From Eukaryota sp. TZLM1-RC (lineage: Eukaryota; Protista; Metamonada: BaSk clade): 64,000 nucleotides of DNA. Numbering within the stretch: the stretch's first letter is position 1; each line of letters begins with the position of its first letter. The position numbers were made by a program, and so were the translations under genes. The stretch is from positions 1 to 64,000 of the forward strand of contig JAUPSS010000008.1 of assembly GCA_040285825.1 (NCBI GenBank), written 5' to 3'. The notes under the pieces are model-generated. The model was given only the letters and a program-made list of their open reading frames with translations, did not search any database and was not told where the DNA came from. Positions 1 through 12,769 of the stretch are shown in pieces.

Positions 1-3000
1 GTCAAGTGTGGAGTTTTTGTCATATAAGAAATGGGGATTTCAAAATGAAAACTATGACAAATTGTTTTAGCTTTTTGGTGCAGTACTTTTTGATCAATAG
101 AGCATCTAGTTTCGTGTACTGATTTTGCAAGAAAAAGTGTTTGTTGAATTTATGAAATTTTAAACTTATTTTTATTTATGTTTTAATAAAAAGAAAAACT
201 TCTTTATCAATGTAAAAAGCTCACGCAACAATGTTTTTACACCAAAAAATGTGATCAAGAACACATGTTGTATTTATAAACTTGAAAACTTCTCTTGTAA
301 AATGCGCCATTCGTTTCCCATTTTTCAAAGGCAAGATAACCATGTATAAATTGTCGCAAATGTTGTAAAAAGATTATCAACAAAGGAATTCAAATCAAAT
401 GAATGACATGAACATTGGTTTTTAATGATGTATAAAGCTCATAAGTTTTGAAAAAGATACTGACCTAATCAAAAGAATGATAATCGTGCAGAAAATAGCG
501 TTACCGTTGCCATATACAAACGATCACCTTTTGATTCAAATCAAACAAACGATATCTGTTTCTAGAATACATTCAAAAATGAAACTGAAACTGTAAAAAT
601 TGAATTTATTTTTGTTTTCTGTCAAATAACAAAAGTAAAAATAATTTTTCTTTATCAATGTAAAAGTTCATGCAACAATGTTTTTTTACACCAAAAATGT
701 GATCAAGAACACATGTTGTATTTATAAACTTGAAAACTTCTCATGTGAAGTGCGCCATTCGTTTCCATTTCAAAGGCAAGATAACCATGTATAAATTGTC
801 GCAAAATGTTGTAAAAAGATTAACAACAAAGGAATTCAAAACAAATGAATGACATGAACATTGGTTTTAATGATGTATAAAGCTCATAAATTTTGAAAAA
901 GATACTGACCTAATCAAAAGACTGATAATCGTACAGAAATTAGTGTTACCGTTGCCATATACGAACACATGCAGAAAACAGGAAAGCAAAACTAAAATTA
1001 ATGCATTATGGGTTGGTAAAAATTCCAATGTCAAAATTGGAAAATCTGATGTTGGATTTTGATGTTAGACTTGGCTTGGCCAAGAAAAAAAGAATCCCGC
1101 TTTTGCAAATCTTTTACAAGATATGTGTGACAGTACTTCTTCTGCCTTAGTAACAACAATTCCACAAGTTTATGGTACTCTCTTATCCGATTCTGCTTTG
1201 GACTCTGAATATGAGATTTCGTTCCTTTATCTGGCCTGATAATTTACCTCATAATTTAATTTGTAAATGTTCTCGAGAAATTACAACTACTCATTTGTTA
1301 AATTGTAAACATTTTATTACTTTTTAGAAGCAAGGTTCATGATGCTGTAAGAGACCAGTTATATTGTATGTGTAAATCTCATAGAATTGAATCCTTCTTG
1401 GAACCTCTGTTGTCAAATCTGTTTGATGCTGAAAATGATTTTCATAAGAATAATAGAGGTGATGTCATATTACCTGGATTAGATGGAAGCTTTATTTTTA
1501 TTGGATGTAATGTCTGTTGATCCTTGTAATGCCTCAAATGAAAGGCTTGTTAATTCTGAAATTCATAATCCCCTTTCAAATGCTGAAAATTTTAAATTCA
1601 AAAATACAATGAACCTTTTGTCCAAATTGGCCAGTCTACAGCATGCAAAAATACAATTTGTATCCATTTGTATTTTCCCTTTTTGGTTCACTTGCACCAA
1701 CTGCTTTACGTTTTTGGATGATTTTTGAAATGATTGTAAAGAGAAGAACTGGCAGAAATTTCAACAGGTTGTTTTGGCAAAAATAGAATTGTGTTTTCTA
1801 TTTTTAAGGGATGTTGAAGATGGTTTCTGATGCTTTGCTTTCTCTTGGATCTCACTATGAGAGAGTTGCATCTAGTGTTTTTGTTTTGGGAGAGATGGAT
1901 TTTTAGATGTTGATTTATAGGTTTTAGAATAAAAATTAAATTTTTAAAAAAATCTGAAGTTTGAAACCAGACCCAAAAATCTGATCTTTCAACCCGAGCA
2001 ACCTTCTGCGGTTTTTTCTCATTTCCGTACTCCGACTTTTGGGATGCTTCTGTAACTTCAAAACACATTATACTCTTAGTGCCATGATTCTTGGGGGCAG
2101 AAGGGTAGGCATCACAATTGCCATCAGTGCAGCAGCCTTGCCTAGCGCATTTTGGATTTCTATTCCGTAAATCTTGTACCTATCGGTTATTGTAAGTGTT
2201 TCGTTTGACTCAATCACTCTTTTGATCTCAATTGTTCATGGATTGGCTTGATGTCTTCACCGTTGTACTTTCTTCTTGATGAAGACCTTTTCTTTATAAA
2301 GTTTCCCTGGACAGTATTCTTTTCAGTACATACATCATCTTTTCTGCCAACACTATTGTTTTCAAGATTGCCATTTAAACAGAATACATAAATCATTTCT
2401 TCATGTATCAAACCTGCCTTGTATCACTTGTGCATAAGCATGTTTTCACAGAAAGTGTGAGAACACAATAACATTCAACAGCGTTTGAAACACTCATATG
2501 GATATTACAATTCAAAGATTTATTGTCAAGTGTGGAGTCTTTTTGTCATATAAGAAATGGGGATTTCAAATGAAAACTATGCCAAATTGTTTTAGCTTTT
2601 TTTGGTGCAGTATTTTTTTGATCAATAGAGCATCTGATTTCGTGTACTGATTTTTGCAATAAAAAGTGTTTGTTGAATTTAAGAAACTCTAAATTTATTT
2701 TTTTATTTATGTTTAAAAAAATGAAGAAAAAAACTTCTTAATCAATGTAAAAGTTCATGCAACAATGTTTTTCTACACCCAAAATGTGATCAAGAACACA
2801 TGCTGTTTTTATAAACTTGAAAACTTCTCATGTGAAATGCGCCATTCGTTTCCCATTTTTTCCAAAGGCAAGATAGTCATGTATAAATTGTCGCAAATGT
2901 TGTAAAAAGATTATCAGCAAAGAAATTCAAATCAAATAAATGACATGAGCATTGGTTTTTAATGATGTATAAAGCTCATAAATTTTTGAAAAAGAAATTG

Positions 3001-3365
3001 ACCTAATCAAAAGAATGATAATCGTGCAGAAAAATAGCGTTACCGTTGCCATATACAAACGATCACCTTTTGATTCAAGTCAAACAAATGCTATCTGTTT
3101 CTAGAATACATTCAAAAATGAAATTGAAACTGTACTTTTTGGAATTTATTTTTATTGTTTCTGTCAAATAACAAAAGTAGAATAATTTTCTCTTTCAATG
3201 TAAAAGTTCACGCAACAATGTTTTTTTCTACACCAAAAATGTGATCAAGAACACATGCTGTATTTATAAACTTGAAAACTTCTCCTGTAAATTGCGTCAT
3301 TCGTTTCGATATTTTTCAAAGGCAAGATAACCATGTATAAATTGTCGCAACAGTTGCAAAAGGAT
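1..3365. repeat. Tandem macro-repeat of about 1.6 kb per unit, each unit with an internal ~445-bp sub-duplication; unit 1 carries a non-LTR insertion
   Basis: gtcaagtgtggag... recurs at 1 and 2525. The sub-repeat aatgtaaaag.tca.gcaacaatg...gttgccatatac occurs at ~210, ~657, ~2745 and ~3197. An inverted copy lies at 19739-21435. Confidence 0.85.
1050..1948 (+). mobile_element. 5'-truncated CRE-like RLE non-LTR retrotransposon, family B
   Basis: Frameshifted C-terminus with CCHC (CKC..THLLNC), RSKVHDAVRD, RGD..LLDV and an A-rich tail. The 9-bp TSD AAAATCTGA is at 1041-1049 and 1949-1957. The uninterrupted target ggaaaatctgaagtttg is seen on the minus strand at ~21355-21370. Confidence 0.85.
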
Positions 3366-3429
3366 CACTTTGACTCTTCTTTAAGTGAACTTTTTAATAC
3401 AAAAGGGTGGTAATCAACATTAGTGTACA

Positions 3430-6400
3430 TTATGACTCTTTTTGAATCACCACGCTGTTTGAATTACCAAGTATTAAACAAGAAAAGAAATGAATAAAAG
3501 TACAGAATTTATTAATGATTAAATTAACTAACAGGATTATAAAACAAAAAGTATCTTTGCGTCTCAAAAGATGAATCTCTGAGGATAAAGCACTGATCTG
3601 CATGTCAACATCTTGAATCTTATTTTTCAAGAATTCTTTTTGTTGATTTAAGTCGTCAAGTCCACCCTTGGCAGCAGAAACGGGGGCCTGGGAAGCTAGC
3701 TTAGCATTTCTCCTATTCATTATTTCAAACATTGAATTCCGCTTCAGCAGTAATTCATTGAGTTCTTTTAATCTGGCAGTATTTTCCTTAACAAGTGACT
3801 TATATTGGCTTTCCAAGTTGGATAGAACATTCCGCTGATTGACAACTTCCTTATTAAACTGATGGTCTCTGATTGAAACCTTTTGAGCTACTTCGGAAAT
3901 TTCACCCGCCTGCAAAGTAAACTTTTTCCAAGTCATCCAAGTTTACTATTTGGCCAAACTGAAGTACTTGAATATCCTCAAGTTTCTGTTGTGAACTTTC
4001 CAAATCATTGAGTGAATTGCCCTAATTGATTATAAAGTTCTTTACGCTCTTTGGATAAAAACTTTGCATTTGTATTTCAGTCGTTGTTTTTTTCTTCAAC
4101 TTGTTTGTCGATTTCTTTTTCCAACATTTGAGTGAGTCCATCTGGAACTAAAACTGTATTTTCAGGCTGAACAGGAATATTAGAAGCATCAAGAGCCGTA
4201 GAAATTCTGGAAGAGTTTAAAACTAAGGAAATACGTATTTGATTCACTTTGGATTGTTTAATTTTTTTGTAAATCTTCAATTTCTCCTTGAAGAACTTCC
4301 AAAGCTGAAGAAACAGACTTCTCCTTTGATTGAATTTGACTTAGAAAAACCTTCGTTTGATCAACAACAGCCTGTAATTTATCAAGTTCCTCCTGAATTG
4401 TCACTCTTTTTAATGCGCAAATCCAATACTGATTGATGTAAACCAGAATCACAATTAGGGGGACAATCATCAGGATCGCCAGCAGTAAGATCAAAATCAA
4501 AATCATCATCAAAATCGGACAAATCATCAAAATCATCATCATTGTCATCATTTGACTTTATTTTTCTCTTAAAAATTCGCAAAAAGGGCATCGCGATGAG
4601 GTTCAGCTTCCACTACCAAGGCATCAAAATCAGCGAAAAGGTTGCTTAGTTTTGCTGTTGCAGGCATTTAATTCGGCCATTTTGTCCTGTAATTGATCTT
4701 CAAACTTTGCCACATCTTGTTGAATTCTCGATTGCTGCTCGAGCTTGACAGAAATTTTCTCTCGTATTTTAAATTCTTGATCTTCAAAATTCTTTACAAG
4801 AGAAAAATTCCTGGCCAAGAATAGTTAGCCTTAATTTTAACTGAGCAATAAGATAACACTTCTCAATTCTTTCGGTACAAAGAGAATTAAATTTGTTTAA
4901 GAAAGCAGCACGGATTTGTTCATCTTTTGCATTAATTTGATGAATTTTATCTAGGTACTTTTTCTTAATGAGTTGACTTCTAAACTTATTTAAGCCCAAG
5001 CCAGAATAACGACATTTGTCATTTTCTAGGGTAATCTCTTCATCACTAGAGTCGTGTAAATTGAATAAAACATCCTCTAAAGTGTCTTGACCTTCTTCTA
5101 CCTTTTTTAAACCTCCAAAGCCACTAGATTCTTGACTCTCTTTGCTGAACTCCTTAAACTTCTTGAATTTATGCAACATTTGATCATTTATCTTGAACAA
5201 AAGCTCAGGCTGTTCTTCCATGGTTAATACTGGAACATCAATCAGATCGTCAATAGATTCATCAATCATTGACAGTAAACTTTTTGACTTGGTTTCTACG
5301 GTGTTTGATGCCCCTAACTATAGCAATCTTTTCATCTCGAAGTTGACTTACCTTCTTGTTGAAGTTTTTTTACAATAATAAGATAGGTTCTCAAAGCCAC
5401 CGCCAACTCAAGCTGTTTTGTCTGCGTGTCGATACGTAGTTCATTAGGGACCACAAAACCATTACTTTCTTTTTAAGGAAAAACTCCGATATCGTTTTTT
5501 TAGCTTTGCTGATAAGCTCCATGTCTGCTGGATCATTGCAATCATTAGCGGGCTTTAATTTCAAAAGTTGCGACCACTCTTCTTGCCGTTGTTGCATTCG
5601 GAACTTCCTTGCAGCTAAGCGTTCGTGTGTTGTGTGTTCAGTAGAAATAGAATTGGCAACAGGTGAACCTAATGAAGTTACTTTCGAAGGTAAACGTCGA
5701 TGTGCTACAGAAGAAGAGCTACTGGCTGGCTCATTTATAACAATTGAACACTCAGTATCATTTTCCTGAGGTTGTGAATGTTGAAAATGAACAGTAACCA
5801 CATCAAAATCTAGAGAAGACATCATTGAGTTTTCAAAATGACAAAGGAAACCGTAATCAAATGATTGAGACAAAGAGATTGTGGAAACCGAACTAGATTG
5901 GTCAAACGAAAACACAGAAACTTTTTAAATTATCAATGTAAAACTGAAGAAAATGTTTCAACTTTGAAACTTGTTGTTCAGTTGAAATAATTTCATCCTG
6001 TTTTTCACTAACAAGACTTTGTTTTTCTGTTCAGTAAATCGTTTTCAACAAATTCAAACAAATCCTGGTCAAAATAAAATTCATTTCTACTCAGCTGATT
6101 TTCTGTAGATTTACGGTAATTTTTTGAGTAATCTACTGAATTCCATTTTTAATTGGTTAATTTTTGCTCTCATTATAGATTGCCGTTTACTTGCCAATTC
6201 CTCACGTTGAGATAAACTTTTTTTGTTGTAAAGTTTCTTCAATGGTCAAAGCAGCTTCATCCAAATCGTAGACACCAAGAGTATCACTTAGCATATTTAA
6301 GGGTTCAAACGGTGGATGAGAGGTCTCATCAGTAGAGTAAAAAACGACAGAGCCATCATGACCCAGAGAAATTAAAAAGTTAGAACATTGGGAAACCCTG

Positions 6401-8562
6401 GTTAACGAATTTTTTTAGAAGAACTTAAAGAACTTTCAATGTGAGATTGGCGAGATACTCTTAGTGGATAAGCCAGTCCAATACTACATTCGTCATCAAA
6501 CGATTTTTCAAAGCTCCAATAATGAATATTACCATCAATTGTACTAGCAGTAAGAACAGTGTCAGAACAATGAATGGAACCAGGGCAAATTGGGACTTGG
6601 TTGGGGGTGAAAAAAGACTTTACTATTGTAAAAACATTTCCATTTAGTTTTAGACAATGAATAGTTCCAGTCAGATTACCCAAACCAGTAATAAACATTT
6701 GATCTTTAATTGTGCTGAAATAGACATCACAAATTTGAAACTTATCAAAGTGTTTGATACCATCATTAGGTAGAGCCAAAGGTTCCAACTCATCAATTTT
6801 GGCATCAATTTCTTCCTTAGAATACCCTTCATTTGACAAATTGTGGCTCATATCTTCTATTAATTTTGAACGTTCAGCTTGTAAGTCTCGGCGTTTCTTG
6901 AGCAAATCACGTTGCTTGGGCGGTGGTAAACAAAATCCAGCTAACTCATTAGGTAAATGAACAATATCAAACTTAAGACTACCTTCCAACCCAGTTGTTG
7001 GGGAATAAATCCATCCCAAAAAAACTTTAATTAAAAAAATCAGCACCGACCGTGACCAGAAAACCATTCTTAATAGCAGCTAATTTCGGGGGCTCGGTGA
7101 TATTAATTGAAAAGGTGCTAAATGACACCATACAAACAGGTGTGAGTACATTATTAGGAATATCAAGGGAGTACTTCCACAAAACACCATCTTTCGATAC
7201 AGTGACGACATAGACATCACTGAGAGTGGAAGAGACATCAAAGTGATTGACACAAATGTCGGTAATAGCTGCTTTACAAGGCCTGAGTGCAGAAAATAAA
7301 ATGAATCCACCTAGAGAAGCGCCAACCAACCGAACAATACCATTAGTGGTCCCAATTAAAGCAAGATGTGGGATAGAAAAGTGTTCAGCAAATGAATAAA
7401 GACAAGACCCGTTACCATGAAATTGTTCAGAAAGGATGGTTGTAGGCTTACAGTAATCACGACAATCAAAAATGATGAGTTTCCCATCAAATCCATAACA
7501 AAGGACATGAGAGGAGTTTAACCAGCTTCCACCAATAATAGGACCTGAATAACAAACAAAAAGAGTTTCGTAATCAAATGGTAAATTGTTTTGTAACAAA
7601 ACCTTATGTACAGCACCGCTAGTATCAGTTACTAATAATGCCTTGTCAAGTAGTTCAAGTGAATGAATTCTTTGGTTGGAAATTTCTAAACTAGTTAATG
7701 GTGTAACAAAGACTTCCAGTCCAAATTCTGGATAAGCCTGGTCAATAAGATCAAAATCCCAAGCTTTTATGAACCCATCCTGACCTGCAGAGACCACAAC
7801 TGAAGGGGTTGAGTCTTCACCATAAATCAAACACAAAGACTCTACATTTCCCTCGTGACAATTACTTGAAGAATTTGGTTTAATGACAGCTTTAATTAGA
7901 GCTCCTTCCCAGAGAAAAAGATTACCAGATTCGGATCCACACAAAACTTTACCATCAGGGAATTGTACGAAACCATAAATATCAGAGAGTTCCACTGCAC
8001 CAAACCTTCCTAGTTTACCGTCGAGCTTGAGACCTGTGAAAGTTTTAGCCATTGACCAGAACTTGATGTGAACAATACCAGAAGTGACAAGATGGCGATC
8101 GTTAAGGGGAGAGAAAGCAATATTGAAAACATCTTGAGAAAATGCCTTAGATCTTAGCATAATGCACTCACTTTCCCAGTCCCAAACAGTAAGAGTATAG
8201 TCTGGAGATGAACCTACAGAGGCAATGTATTTGTCAGATTGAGAGAATGTTAGAGAAGAAAATCTGTTACTGGTACCTCCAGAAAGAGTCTTGAAAGGGG
8301 TAAGATCAGGGAGAGTATAAATAACAATATTAGGGTTGTCTCCACAATAGCCTACTGCTATGTACAGACTGTTCTTAGATAAAGCGATGCACCCAATTCC
8401 AGAGAAAGAGTTCTGAACGGTAACAAGAGTCCCAGTGGAGAAGTCACTGACATGCCAAGCGTTGCTAGAAACATATGCGATAGAAGAACAGTTCCCATTG
8501 AGAGGAAGTACATTACATCTTCTATATGTATCAAAGCCAAAGGTATAACGACGACAGAGCAT
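3430..8562 (-). CDS. CFAP44: Cilia- and flagella-associated protein 44 (WDR52), split by several frameshifts; 3' end approximate
   Basis: The N-terminal WD40 segment ASVGSSPDYTLTVWDW..RSKAFSQDVF..HIKFW.MAKTFTGLKLDGKLGRFG..PDGKVLCGSESGN matches CFAP44. Downstream ORF pieces give the coiled-coil region, an acidic tract with DDCPPNCD, and EIHLLRRK near the C-terminus. Confidence 0.88.
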
Positions 8563-8619
8563 AATATATCAACCTAAGCAAATGCAATTCCAGTTATAAA
8601 TCTCAACTAGAACACAATT

Positions 8620-10560
8620 ATGCATCTTGTTTGTTTCTTAGTATGTACCCTCTTTGTATTTGCGTCACTGGATCAATACAGTTCCAGTAACTCCTGGTCT
8701 TCTCTTGTTTCATATGATAACTTCCTTTGGTTTCCTCAACAGTTGGATCATTTTGATACTAATAATTCTGTTTTGTGGAATCAACGCTATTGTTATTACA
8801 CTTCATCTGGCTATACGGATGGAAAACCTATCCTTATCTCACTTCCGGAAGAACAACCTTTGAATGAAACTGCTTGTAAATATGGATATTTAGTCGACCT
8901 TGCCGATGAGCTTCAAGCTGTTCTCCTTGTTCCTGAGCACCGTTTTTATGGTGCATCAATTCCTTTAGGTAATCTCTCTGTAGAAACCATCCATCTAACT
9001 TCTAATAAGCAGTCGTTGTTAGACCTGGCCAATTTTGCACAATTCTTCAAAACAAGGTTTCCTGAAAGTGATGTATTGTTTGTTGGATCTTCAGTTTCCT
9101 TTGCGGTTCAGTTTAACTCACTCAATGCAATTGGAAGTTCAAAGGAAGATTCTGGTTCTTACTTTGGATACCAAGTCAGTCGTGACTGGCTGACTTTGCT
9201 TTTAGAAGGGGAATTTTTGGAAGAACCAAAACCTTTTTCTACTGCTTTACTAACTGATAGAGTCACTGATCTTGCCTTTTTTGAAAATGATTTGTCCTTA
9301 ACGAGGTCATTGATGATTGGGTTTGTTATTGTAGTGTTATCAAATATCATTGTAGTTTTTTTGTTCAGATTTTATTCTTCTGGATCAAAGACCTCTCATT
9401 CTAATATTAGTTTCAATGAAGATGACATCTTGGGTGAAGGAAGCTGTGGGACGGTGGTCTTTGCTGGTCAATTGAACGATGGTCGGTCTGTGGCAGTCAA
9501 ACGTATTTTGAGCACCTTTTATGACCTTGCTAAGATTGAAATTGATCATTTATTACAGGCCGATTCACACCCTAATATAGTGTCGTACTTTGGCTTTGTG
9601 AGTTCAAAGCAGTTTATTTACCTTGCCCTTGAACTTTGCAAGTCCAATTTGAAAAATTATTTAAAGTCAAACGAGGTAAATTTTGCTCAAAAAAAGAGTT
9701 TATTATTGAATGTGATTACTGGATTGAACCACCTTCATCAGCAAAACATTATTCACAGAGATTTGAAACCATCTAATGTTCTAATTGGCCAGGATAACAT
9801 GGCAAAACTTTCAGATATGGGCCTCTCAAGAAAACTTGATAAAGATCAGTCCCACTTAACTACTCAACAACTCGGAAGTGGAAGTCATGGATGGAGAGCT
9901 CCTGAGGTGGTTGATAACTTTGGTAGAAAGGGACGAATAACTACAGCTGTGGATGTGTTTTCATTTGGTTGTTTAGTTCATTATGTCCTTACTGGAGACC
10001 ATCCTTTTGGCTCCACGATTGAAAGAGAATATAATATATCAAAGGGATTAACCAAAATTTCTCCAAGAATTGATAAACTAGCCGACAGTCTAATAAGACA
10101 ATGTATAAGAACTCAACCAAACAGAAGACCTTTCACCAGTCACTTAATTGTACATCCCTTCTTTTGGGAACCATCAAAACTGTTATATTTTTTGGAGGAT
10201 GTTTCTGACCGAGTGGAAAGTGAGTTACCTACATCTCCTTTGGTCAGGTCTCTTGAACGTTGGTCTCATGAGGTTTTTGGTCCGTCTTGGAGGGATAGAT
10301 TGGATTCTTTGTTTATAAGGTCTTTGGGACCGTTTAGAAAATATGATTTTTCTTCATTAAGAGACTTGTTAAGAGTAATTCGTAATAAGAAGCATCATTA
10401 CAGAGATTTGCCTATTGATGTTCAACAATTAGTTGGAAGTCTCCCTGATGGTTACCTGAACTACTTTGTTGGTAAGTTTCCACCTTTAGTGCTTGTTTGT
10501 TATAATTTTGTTAGTGATGAGTTACAAAGGGAAAATGTTTTTCAAGCCTACTTTGAATGA
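8620..10560 (+). CDS. IRE1: IRE1-type Ser/Thr kinase-endoribonuclease (KEN) with an N-terminal peptidase S28-like luminal domain
   Basis: In order: signal peptide; S28 motifs QQLDHFD, QRY and EHRFYGAS.P; TM helix; kinase LGEGSCGTVVF, VAVKR, HRDLKPSN, SDMG and GWRAPE; KEN domain DVSDRVE and DLLRVIRNKKHHYRDLP. Confidence 0.92.
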   Translation: MHLVCFLVCTLFVFASLDQYSSSNSWSSLVSYDNFLWFPQQLDHFDTNNSVLWNQRYCYYTSSGYTDGKPILISLPEEQPLNETACKYGYLVDLADELQAVLLVPEHRFYGASIPLGNLSVETIHLTSNKQSLLDLANFAQFFKTRFPESDVLFVGSSVSFAVQFNSLNAIGSSKEDSGSYFGYQVSRDWLTLLLEGEFLEEPKPFSTALLTDRVTDLAFFENDLSLTRSLMIGFVIVVLSNIIVVFLFRFYSSGSKTSHSNISFNEDDILGEGSCGTVVFAGQLNDGRSVAVKRILSTFYDLAKIEIDHLLQADSHPNIVSYFGFVSSKQFIYLALELCKSNLKNYLKSNEVNFAQKKSLLLNVITGLNHLHQQNIIHRDLKPSNVLIGQDNMAKLSDMGLSRKLDKDQSHLTTQQLGSGSHGWRAPEVVDNFGRKGRITTAVDVFSFGCLVHYVLTGDHPFGSTIEREYNISKGLTKISPRIDKLADSLIRQCIRTQPNRRPFTSHLIVHPFFWEPSKLLYFLEDVSDRVESELPTSPLVRSLERWSHEVFGPSWRDRLDSLFIRSLGPFRKYDFSSLRDLLRVIRNKKHHYRDLPIDVQQLVGSLPDGYLNYFVGKFPPLVLVCYNFVSDELQRENVFQAYFE

Positions 10561-10628
10561 AAAGAATATTAATAATCGATCGTATTGAACTATTAATTTA
10601 TATTGTTTGCCTAAATGACTAAAACTGG

Positions 10629-11591
10629 TTATTTTAAAACATAAACAAATTCTTCAACGTATTCGTGTTTGCAATCGCAAGAATTTTCACAAGAATATAT
10701 GAGTAAAGAGGTAAAATCTACATTGTCTGTGTTACCTAAATAAATAATTGATGGTAAAACTTGAAATTCAAATACCCTTTTGGAGCCACAATAGGAACAA
10801 TTAGGAACTGTTAAATTTGGTTGTGGACAAGGCCACAAAGGTTCACCATCAAAACAATATCGAATAATTTGTTTAGAGTTTCGGCTTATTCGGGCGGAAA
10901 ATTCAGCAAAAAGTGACAATGATTCATCTACTTTGGCGACATTTTCAAAATCTTTCATATCCTTTTCAGACAAAAACTTATCTTCTATGGTAACTTCTTC
11001 ATCACTATCAGGCTCATCTTCGCACTCTATCCAGTACTGCTTGAAACAAAAAGAAGAAGGAGATTGTTGAGTGAGTGATGGTTCATCAGTAAAAGTTGGG
11101 CATTCCTTTGAGTGACATTCTTGCCAATGTAAGACTTGGTGGTTCTTGCAACAATACCACACTGCCTTGCACGATGAGCACCTTAACGGAGCAAGGCAAC
11201 CACAAACAGAGCAAAGAGGAGGTAACTGGGAAAGAGGTTGATCAGTAGATATGGGAGGTGAATCTTTATAGAACGGATTATGTTTAGGTAATTGGGCTCT
11301 CAAAACCTTCACAGAAGTTGAGAGTCCCTGGCAAGCAGGTGTGTTACAAATAAAGAGGTAAAGAGTGCGGTGAAAAGCTGTAGAATGTTCATCATCGTCC
11401 AAAGGAACATAAAGCTGTAACAGAAATTTCATCTGCGAAGAACATGTGGAACAATTCAATGATAACGAACCAGGAATATTTTGAGGTACAAGAAAGCTGG
11501 GAAAACCACCAAACTTAGATGGGAAATGTTGTCGTTCAAAAAGATGTTGTTGGGAAGGTGGAAGGTTCTCAAGAACAGCAAGAGTGGTCAT
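10629..11591 (-). CDS. PDCD2: Programmed cell death protein 2 family (uS5 chaperone) with MYND zinc finger
   Basis: SKFGGFP, CxxC..FLLQLYVP..FHRTLYLFIC, MYND CSVCG..CSSCK..YCCKNHQ.LHW..HSKEC, and C-terminal QIIRY..PLW..CSYCG..RVFEFQ. Confidence 0.92.
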   Translation of the reverse strand: MTTLAVLENLPPSQQHLFERQHFPSKFGGFPSFLVPQNIPGSLSLNCSTCSSQMKFLLQLYVPLDDDEHSTAFHRTLYLFICNTPACQGLSTSVKVLRAQLPKHNPFYKDSPPISTDQPLSQLPPLCSVCGCLAPLRCSSCKAVWYCCKNHQVLHWQECHSKECPTFTDEPSLTQQSPSSFCFKQYWIECEDEPDSDEEVTIEDKFLSEKDMKDFENVAKVDESLSLFAEFSARISRNSKQIIRYCFDGEPLWPCPQPNLTVPNCSYCGSKRVFEFQVLPSIIYLGNTDNVDFTSLLIYSCENSCDCKHEYVEEFVYVLK

Positions 11592-11614
11592 TCTCACAAA
11601 TATTGTCTATAATA

Positions 11615-12410
11615 ATGGAACCAGTGTCTTTTCCGCAAATGTAAAGGGATGTCACACATGATTCACTTTCATAGTTTCAATGTCCTTAGTTGAGTCTGGA
11701 ACACCTCATTCGGTACAAATTCAAGTATACAATTATTATGTCTCTGGAGCTCGACGTTTCGGAACGACTACCATTGATCTCCTGGTCGAAGACATTAATG
11801 CTGTAACTCCTGAATTGCTCCCTTTGCTTTGTTCTCTCCGCAAAACCCAATCTGTCTGTCTTTCTCCTTTATACAATATCTTTTAATTCCAACTTTTCCA
11901 TTTGTTTCGTTGCCGGAAGGCATTCTAGCTGTAATTATGTATGGGTTGGATAAAGCGGGTGAGGGCAAATTGTTTAAAAGTGTTAAGATAATGGCTAGTG
12001 GGGTACCTACACTACATTCTCCCGTTTCTTGGTAAAAATTATTTACCCTTGTTCTTCCGCTGCCTTTGCGGATAACGCTTTTGCTTAAGTATGGAGAAAG
12101 TTTGATATGAACGACTGGATTCAATAGATTTAGGTTTTCTTTTATTTGGTTTATTATTAAATCGTAGATACGCTTCTGAATATATAATAGAATGGAGTGT
12201 TTCCTCGGTAATTTCTCCACAAGACCACCTCACAGTGCAGAAGGGTCCTTGAGCAGTATTTCACTCTTCAAGCATTTCTTCGATGGCTTATTTGCCTCAA
12301 TCAGTGGCTTCGATTTCTCTGAGAAGATCAACTTTATCAGGATCATCATCGTCGTAATCTTTGTTCTCTTTGAAACTTTGTTTCTTCAGCAGTCATCAGG
12401 GTCATAAGTG
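11615..12410 (+). pseudogene. Fragmented gene of unknown function, head-to-head with PDCD2
   Basis: ATG at 11615, a damaged intron-like stretch ending ttcatag at 11674, and overlapping short plus-strand ORFs (11680-11886, 11829-12035). No family recognised. Confidence 0.25.
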
Positions 12411-12769
12411 ATAATGTGGAGCTGGAATGGCTTTCTGCAATTAAGAATGGGTCTAAGCAAGATTTATTGGGCTGTTTTATTTTTCGACGAATATACACCA
12501 GTAACAAAAGTATTCTCTGTTGTATGCTCTGTATTTATATATCAATTGTTTTGACTGGGCGTGTCGACTAAATGGTGATGTTGTAGTTCTTCCCATTTCT
12601 TTTACAATTTACCCTTATTTTCCAGTGGATTATTTACTTCAGTTTAAGTAATGGGAAAATTGGTAATGATTTTTAATGTTCATCTCACAACGTATTTTTA
12701 CTGCTGATTCTTAGATTTCTGAGTTGATGGAAGTTGGAGGTGATATTTCGTCTAAAATTGAATTGATAA

